IMG/VR virus record: IMGVR_UViG_3300008624_000009
Location: 1-62,365 of that record
Origin: a virus
Lineage: Duplodnaviria > Caudoviricetes
DNA length: 62,365 nucleotides
Reading direction: 5' to 3' (one strand)
Part shown: piece after piece, positions 57,710 through 62,365 of the stretch
How positions within the stretch are numbered: position 1 is the first letter of the stretch
Layout: the number at the start of each line of letters is the position of its first letter
Translations under genes and position numbers: made by a program
Notes under the pieces: model-generated
The model's database searches: none
The model's input: only the letters and a program-made list of their open reading frames with translations
What the model was told of the DNA's origin: nothing

Positions 57710-58942
57710 ATGGCTAATACAATACAAATTAAAAGGTCGTCTACTGCTGCTGATATGTCGGGGCAAACCCTCGCATCAGGTGAATTAGCATGGGTTGATG
57801 ATAGTGGAGCTGGTACAATTTATATCGGTGATGCTGCTACTGGTGCAATTAAAGCTATTGGTGGTGATAAAGGTGGTAACTGGGGTGAGGACTTCCGTAC
57901 AGATACAGCATTGTTAGGTACAACAACAATGGCAGCTATGACAGCTGGTGCTGGTGCTTTTGATATGTCTGGTGCAACATCTGTTACTGCACCAACAGCA
58001 GCAAGTCCAACAGAAAATTCAACCAAAGTTGCAACAACAGCATGGGTTAATACTCGTATTGCTACATCTGGTGGTGCATTTAGTACTTTGACAGATGTGG
58101 ATTTTAATGCATTAGCAAATGGCCATATGGCTATCTATGATGCAGATGCGGATAGTGGAAATGGTAAGTGGGAAAACAAAGCATTGTCTGGTGATGTTAC
58201 TATTGACAAAGATGGTGTTACCGCAGTTAGTGGTGTTCAAGCTAATGCTATTAATCTTCTTACAGATACAGCATCTAATTATGTTGCAAGTATTACTAAT
58301 TCAGATAGTAACTTAGCTGTTACTGGTTCTGGTGCAACTGATGCAGCTGTACAAATTGATTTAGCTACAAATGTTAGTATTGCTGGTAACTTGACAGTTG
58401 GTGGTACAACTACACAAGTTGATTCTACTACTGTTACTGTATCTGATCCAGTACTGGTTTTGGGTGAAGCTACTCAAGGCTCTCTAAAAGATAGTGGTGT
58501 TGAATATAATTGGCATGATGGTACTGATAATCAGGGAGGTTTCTTTGGTTGGGATCGTTCTGCTGATGAATTTACTTTCATTCCAGATGCTACTAATATT
58601 CTTGATAATAATGGCGATACTACTGAAGTATTTTCTGGTAATGCTGGTAACGCACGATTTGCTAATATTGCTGGTACATTGACAACAGCTGCTCAGCCTA
58701 ATGTAACAGATATGGTTGCTTTGCAAGTTGTTGGTACAATTTCAACTGGTGTTTGGAATGGTACTACGGTTGCAGAAGGTTATGGTGGTACTGGACAAAA
58801 TACTTATGCTGCTGGTGATATTCTTTATGCTGATGGTGCAGATTCACTTGCAAGATTAACTAAAGGTTCTGATGATATGTTCTTGCAAATGAATGGTAAT
58901 GCTCCAGCATGGTCAAGCACACTTGATGGTGGTACATGGTAA
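57710..58942 (+). CDS. Tail/collar fibre protein ending DGGTW
   Basis: IQIKRS...L..GELA; GNLTV.GTTT.V.STTV.V.DP; YGGTG. Confidence 0.72.
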   Translation: MANTIQIKRSSTAADMSGQTLASGELAWVDDSGAGTIYIGDAATGAIKAIGGDKGGNWGEDFRTDTALLGTTTMAAMTAGAGAFDMSGATSVTAPTAASPTENSTKVATTAWVNTRIATSGGAFSTLTDVDFNALANGHMAIYDADADSGNGKWENKALSGDVTIDKDGVTAVSGVQANAINLLTDTASNYVASITNSDSNLAVTGSGATDAAVQIDLATNVSIAGNLTVGGTTTQVDSTTVTVSDPVLVLGEATQGSLKDSGVEYNWHDGTDNQGGFFGWDRSADEFTFIPDATNILDNNGDTTEVFSGNAGNARFANIAGTLTTAAQPNVTDMVALQVVGTISTGVWNGTTVAEGYGGTGQNTYAAGDILYADGADSLARLTKGSDDMFLQMNGNAPAWSSTLDGGTW

Positions 58943-58987
58943 TTTAATTTTTACCAAATACCAACATAGTAGTTTAAAGTTTTACCG

Positions 58988-59034
58988 AAAGGGGGATTGG
59001 GGCCTTGTCCTCAATCTCCCTTTTGTTTTTTTTT
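58988..59034 (+). terminator. Rho-independent terminator
   Basis: AAAGGGGGATTGGGG-loop-CCTCAATCTCCCTTT then a T-run. Confidence 0.85.
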
Positions 59035-59038
59035 CACA

Positions 59039-59046
59039 TATAAATA
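59039..59046 (+). promoter_or_regulatory. T4-type late promoter
   Basis: TATAAATA directly after the terminator. Confidence 0.8.
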
Positions 59047-59061
59047 ACAATAGGTGGACAA

Positions 59062-59361
59062 ATGCAACTTAACGAAACCGCTGACCTGATTGAAAAATTA
59101 GGTGTGCCAATTGTAGGTTTGTTATTGGTTGGGTGGGGTTTCTGGAAGATTGTGAAATGGTTACAGGATTCTATGACTGGCAAGATCGGGTATCAGACTG
59201 ATATATTAGTTCAGTTGATAGATAGGATTAGAGTATTACAAACGGATATTTTACGCTTAGATACAATGATACGCACCAGATATGGGTTAGAAGCAGATGA
59301 AAAACGTATAGCAAGAGCTGATGAACCTGTAAAGAAAACTGGTAAAAGAAGTAAAGATTAA
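59062..59361 (+). CDS. Membrane-anchored coiled-coil hypothetical protein
   Basis: LGVPIVGLLLVGWGFWKIV helix followed by heptads. Confidence 0.7.
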   Translation: MQLNETADLIEKLGVPIVGLLLVGWGFWKIVKWLQDSMTGKIGYQTDILVQLIDRIRVLQTDILRLDTMIRTRYGLEADEKRIARADEPVKKTGKRSKD

Positions 59362-59387
59362 TAATTCTATATTAAAGGAATAATGAT

Positions 59388-59642
59388 ATGAATGATAAAG
59401 TAGAAGAAAATGTTGTAGATAATGATATGACTAAAGCAGGTTCAGAAGTTACAAAAGAACAATTACAGGTACAATTAAATTATGCTCAAAAAATAATTAC
59501 TGTACTTCAAAATAAAGTAAATGATCTTAATGGAAAGATGGTACAAATAGAAGCTCAATTACTTTGTTCTAATGAAGATAGAGAGACTTTGATAAAACAA
59601 CGTCTTGAATTAGAAGGTAATACAGAACAACAAAAAGGATAA
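59388..59642 (+). CDS. Coiled-coil hypothetical protein
   Basis: ORF track; AAGGA RBS. Confidence 0.7.
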   Translation: MNDKVEENVVDNDMTKAGSEVTKEQLQVQLNYAQKIITVLQNKVNDLNGKMVQIEAQLLCSNEDRETLIKQRLELEGNTEQQKG

Positions 59643-59646
59643 TAGT

Positions 59647-60393
59647 ATGGCTAGTGTAACCTCAAGGCAAGGACTGATAGATTATTGTTTACGAAGATTG
59701 GGACAGCCTGTTGTTGAAATAAACATTGATGAAGATCAATTAGAAGAACGAGTTGATGATGCTCTTGAGTATTTTCAAGAATATCATTTTGACGGTGTAG
59801 AAAAAGTTTTTCTTAAACATATTATAACAGCAGATGATATTACAAATGAATATATCCCTATGGGTAATCCTGTAATTAGTGTTGTTAGAGTATTACCTAT
59901 ACCTAGTTTTGATTCTTTTTCTGGTGGTTTCTTTAATGAGGAATATCAGTTACGATTAAATGATTTAAATAATTTTTCTGGTACAACATTAATTCAATGG
60001 GAAATGACACAACAAAATTTTTCATTAGTTGAACAATTATTTTCTATTGCACCAACAATGCTTTTTAATAGAAAACAAAATAGAGTTTACTTAGAAACTG
60101 ATTGGACAGAAAAATTTAATGAAAATGATATTTTAGTTATAGAAGCATATCGTGCTTTAGACCCGTCTACTTATCCCGAAATCTGGAATGATATGTTTTT
60201 AAAGAAATATACTACTGCTTTAATTAAAAGACAATGGGGAGAAAATCTTAAAAAGTTTACAGGAGTTGTATTGCCAGGTGGTATTTCACTTGATGGAAAA
60301 ACTATCTATGATGAAGCAGTAGAAGAAATAAGCCAAATAGAAGAAGAAATAAATCTTAAATATGAACTCCCTGTTGATGGATATGTAGGTTAA
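59647..60393 (+). CDS. gp13: Neck protein gp13
   Basis: YCLRRLG.PV.EIN, EYHFDG, KRQWG.NL.KF.GV.LPGG. Confidence 0.95.
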   Translation: MASVTSRQGLIDYCLRRLGQPVVEINIDEDQLEERVDDALEYFQEYHFDGVEKVFLKHIITADDITNEYIPMGNPVISVVRVLPIPSFDSFSGGFFNEEYQLRLNDLNNFSGTTLIQWEMTQQNFSLVEQLFSIAPTMLFNRKQNRVYLETDWTEKFNENDILVIEAYRALDPSTYPEIWNDMFLKKYTTALIKRQWGENLKKFTGVVLPGGISLDGKTIYDEAVEEISQIEEEINLKYELPVDGYVG

Positions 60394-60394
60394 T

Positions 60395-61258
60395 ATGGCT
60401 ACTAATCATTTCTTTAAAAATTTCAATTCTTTTCCACAACAAGAATTAGTTAATAGTTTATCAAAAGAAGTTATCCAAATTGCTGGACTTGATGTTTTAT
60501 ATCTTCCTAGATTTGATTCTTATGCAAAAGATACTTTACTTAATGAAGATGCATTAATAGAATATAATAAAGGTTATCAAGTAGAAATGTATGTAAATAC
60601 ACCAGATGGTTATGGTGGCTCAGGAGATACATTATCAAAATTTGGTTTGGATGTTCAAGATGAAATAATTTTAATTGTTAATAAAGAAAGATTTAAAGAC
60701 GAAACATTTATAGATCAGCCAAGAGAAGGAGATTTAATTTATTTTCCTTTAGGAAAAACTATATTTACAATTAAATATGTTGAACATGAACAACCTTTTT
60801 ATACATTAGGAAAAACTAATGTTTTTGAAATAACAGCAGAAACCTTTAGATATAGTAATGAAAGATTTAATCTAGCTGGTGAAGAAGCTGGTGAAATTTT
60901 TAATAAAATAGAAAGAGATAATGCTACGACTGTTGAATTTACTGTTACATCTGGTTCATCAATAGTATTTAGAGATGGAGAAACAATTTTTCAAGGTAAT
61001 ACTCCTGAAACTGCAACAGCAATGGCAAGAGTTTCTAAGCAAGAAGCAAATAAAATATATGTTTATAGAGTTCAAGGACAGTTTGTATTAAACGAACTTG
61101 TTACTGGTATAAAATCTCTAACATCAGCATATTTAACTGGAATTGATGATCAGATTATATCAACATCAGAATTTGATGATAATAAAGAATTTGAAGTCGA
61201 GGGGGATGATATTTTAGATTTTAGTGAAATTGATCCGTGGTCTGAAGGAGATATTTAA
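60395..61258 (+). CDS. gp14: Neck protein gp14
   Basis: YLPR, SKFGL, PREGDLIYFP, VEHEQPFY.LGK. Confidence 0.95.
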   Translation: MATNHFFKNFNSFPQQELVNSLSKEVIQIAGLDVLYLPRFDSYAKDTLLNEDALIEYNKGYQVEMYVNTPDGYGGSGDTLSKFGLDVQDEIILIVNKERFKDETFIDQPREGDLIYFPLGKTIFTIKYVEHEQPFYTLGKTNVFEITAETFRYSNERFNLAGEEAGEIFNKIERDNATTVEFTVTSGSSIVFRDGETIFQGNTPETATAMARVSKQEANKIYVYRVQGQFVLNELVTGIKSLTSAYLTGIDDQIISTSEFDDNKEFEVEGDDILDFSEIDPWSEGDI

Positions 61259-62022
61259 TGTTTGGAAAATATTTTTATAATAAAAATATTAGAAATATTG
61301 TTATATTATTTGGTACGCTATTTAATGATATAAACATACGGCGTTCTCAAAATAATACATTAATACAAGATCTTAAAGTACCTATTGCATATGGCCCAGC
61401 ACAAAAATATCTTGCAAAAATAGAACAAGGTAGTACTGATGATGAAGATTTCCGTATTGGAATATCACTTCCAAGAATGTCATTTGAAATAACATCAATG
61501 GTATATGATAATGCAAGAAAATTACAAACAACACAACAAATTAAATCACTAGATCCAAATTCAACTGATAAGTTGTTATCTACTTATACACCTGTGCCAT
61601 ATAATTATGAAGTTGATTTATCAATCATGGTTTTAAATAGTGATGATGGTGCTCAGATTTTAGAACAAATATTGCCATATTTTACACCTGAGTTTCAAGT
61701 AACAATGAATGAAATGAAAACATTGGGAATTAAAAGAGATATACCAATTATATTAAATAGTATGACATCAGAAGATGATTATGAAGGTGATTTTCTTACA
61801 AGAAGAACATTAGTTCATACGCTTTCATTTACAATACAAGGACATATATACAAACCAGTTTCTGAACAAGGTATTATTAGAGAAGTAGATGTAAATGCTG
61901 GAACATTTACGAGTGAGTTTGATACAAAATTAATTAATATTGATATTAAGCCAAGCCCAACTGATACTGAAGCGAATATGACAACTGATCCAAATGTTAC
62001 AACAACTATAACTAATTTATAA
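61258..62022 (+). CDS. gp15: Tail sheath stabilizer/terminator gp15
   Basis: FGTLFNDI, VPIAYGP, LPRMSFE, QILEQILPYF.P, DYEGDF. Confidence 0.95.
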   Translation: MFGKYFYNKNIRNIVILFGTLFNDINIRRSQNNTLIQDLKVPIAYGPAQKYLAKIEQGSTDDEDFRIGISLPRMSFEITSMVYDNARKLQTTQQIKSLDPNSTDKLLSTYTPVPYNYEVDLSIMVLNSDDGAQILEQILPYFTPEFQVTMNEMKTLGIKRDIPIILNSMTSEDDYEGDFLTRRTLVHTLSFTIQGHIYKPVSEQGIIREVDVNAGTFTSEFDTKLINIDIKPSPTDTEANMTTDPNVTTTITNL

Positions 62023-62365
62023 TGAAAAAAGAAACAGTAAAAAAATTAAATGATATATTAGATATTGCAGATGATATTATTGATATTGAAGAACCTGAAA
62101 TAAGTCAAGATATTGAAGCAGAAAAAAATGATGTGGTTGACGATTATGAATTTTCAAGAGATCAATATCATAATCTAATTGCAAAAGGAAATATAGCATT
62201 AGAAGAATTATTATCTATTGCTAAAGAGGGTGAGCAACCAAGGGCGTTTGAGGTTGCTACTCAGTTGATTAATTCTTTATCGGCAACGACTAAAGAACTT
62301 TTGATATTACAAAAAACCAAGAAAGAAGTTGAAGGAACAAATAAACCCACTAAAAATGAAAATAA
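62022..62365 (+). CDS. gp16: Terminase small subunit gp16, truncated by the window edge
   Basis: Manually translated from ATG 62022: DDYEFSR...KG..ALE...A.E.EQPRAFEVA; canonical position after gp15. Confidence 0.88.
   Translation, partial: MKKETVKKLNDILDIADDIIDIEEPEISQDIEAEKNDVVDDYEFSRDQYHNLIAKGNIALEELLSIAKEGEQPRAFEVATQLINSLSATTKELLILQKTKKEVEGTNKPTKNEN

Noticed and set aside
2341-58726. Many antisense and alternate-frame ORFs in the track (e.g. 4538..4996, 31360..32007, 51062..51538, 43275..43631)
   Set aside because: They lie inside well-supported plus-strand genes and look like shadows of the strong codon bias and repeat structure.
1932-62022. Stop-codon reassignment, introns or inteins
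   Set aside because: Core genes are full length in the standard code, with no interruptions or intein terminal motifs noticed.

Overview
AT-rich segment of a large T4-like (gp55-late-promoter-type) myophage genome, resembling uncultured marine T4-like phages. The host cannot be determined from this window. Bases 1-1850 are the start of a minus-strand early region of small hypothetical ORFs, driven by two sigma70 promoters, each with an upstream 27-bp palindrome. Everything from 1890 onward is a plus-strand late region punctuated by TATAAATA promoters. It has four parts: (i) an accessory block with several proteins carrying T4 capsid-targeting-like N-termini (HAD nucleotidase, RimK ligase fused to a RimB-like protease), plus a holin-like protein, an M15 endolysin, a Coq4-motif protein and a putative nuclease; (ii) baseplate gp25, gp6, gp7, gp8 and a 1870-aa DUF4815/VrlC-like protein; (iii) a ~38-kb fibre/receptor-binding island built from shuffled modules, with 12 genes carrying beta-propeller-like repeat heads, sister genes with near-identical 5' ends but divergent or unrelated heads, and two 278-aa coiled-coil paralogs that each follow the rarer head type; (iv) neck gp13, gp14, gp15 and the start of terminase small subunit gp16. 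All calls come from motif recognition by eye; no database searches were run.
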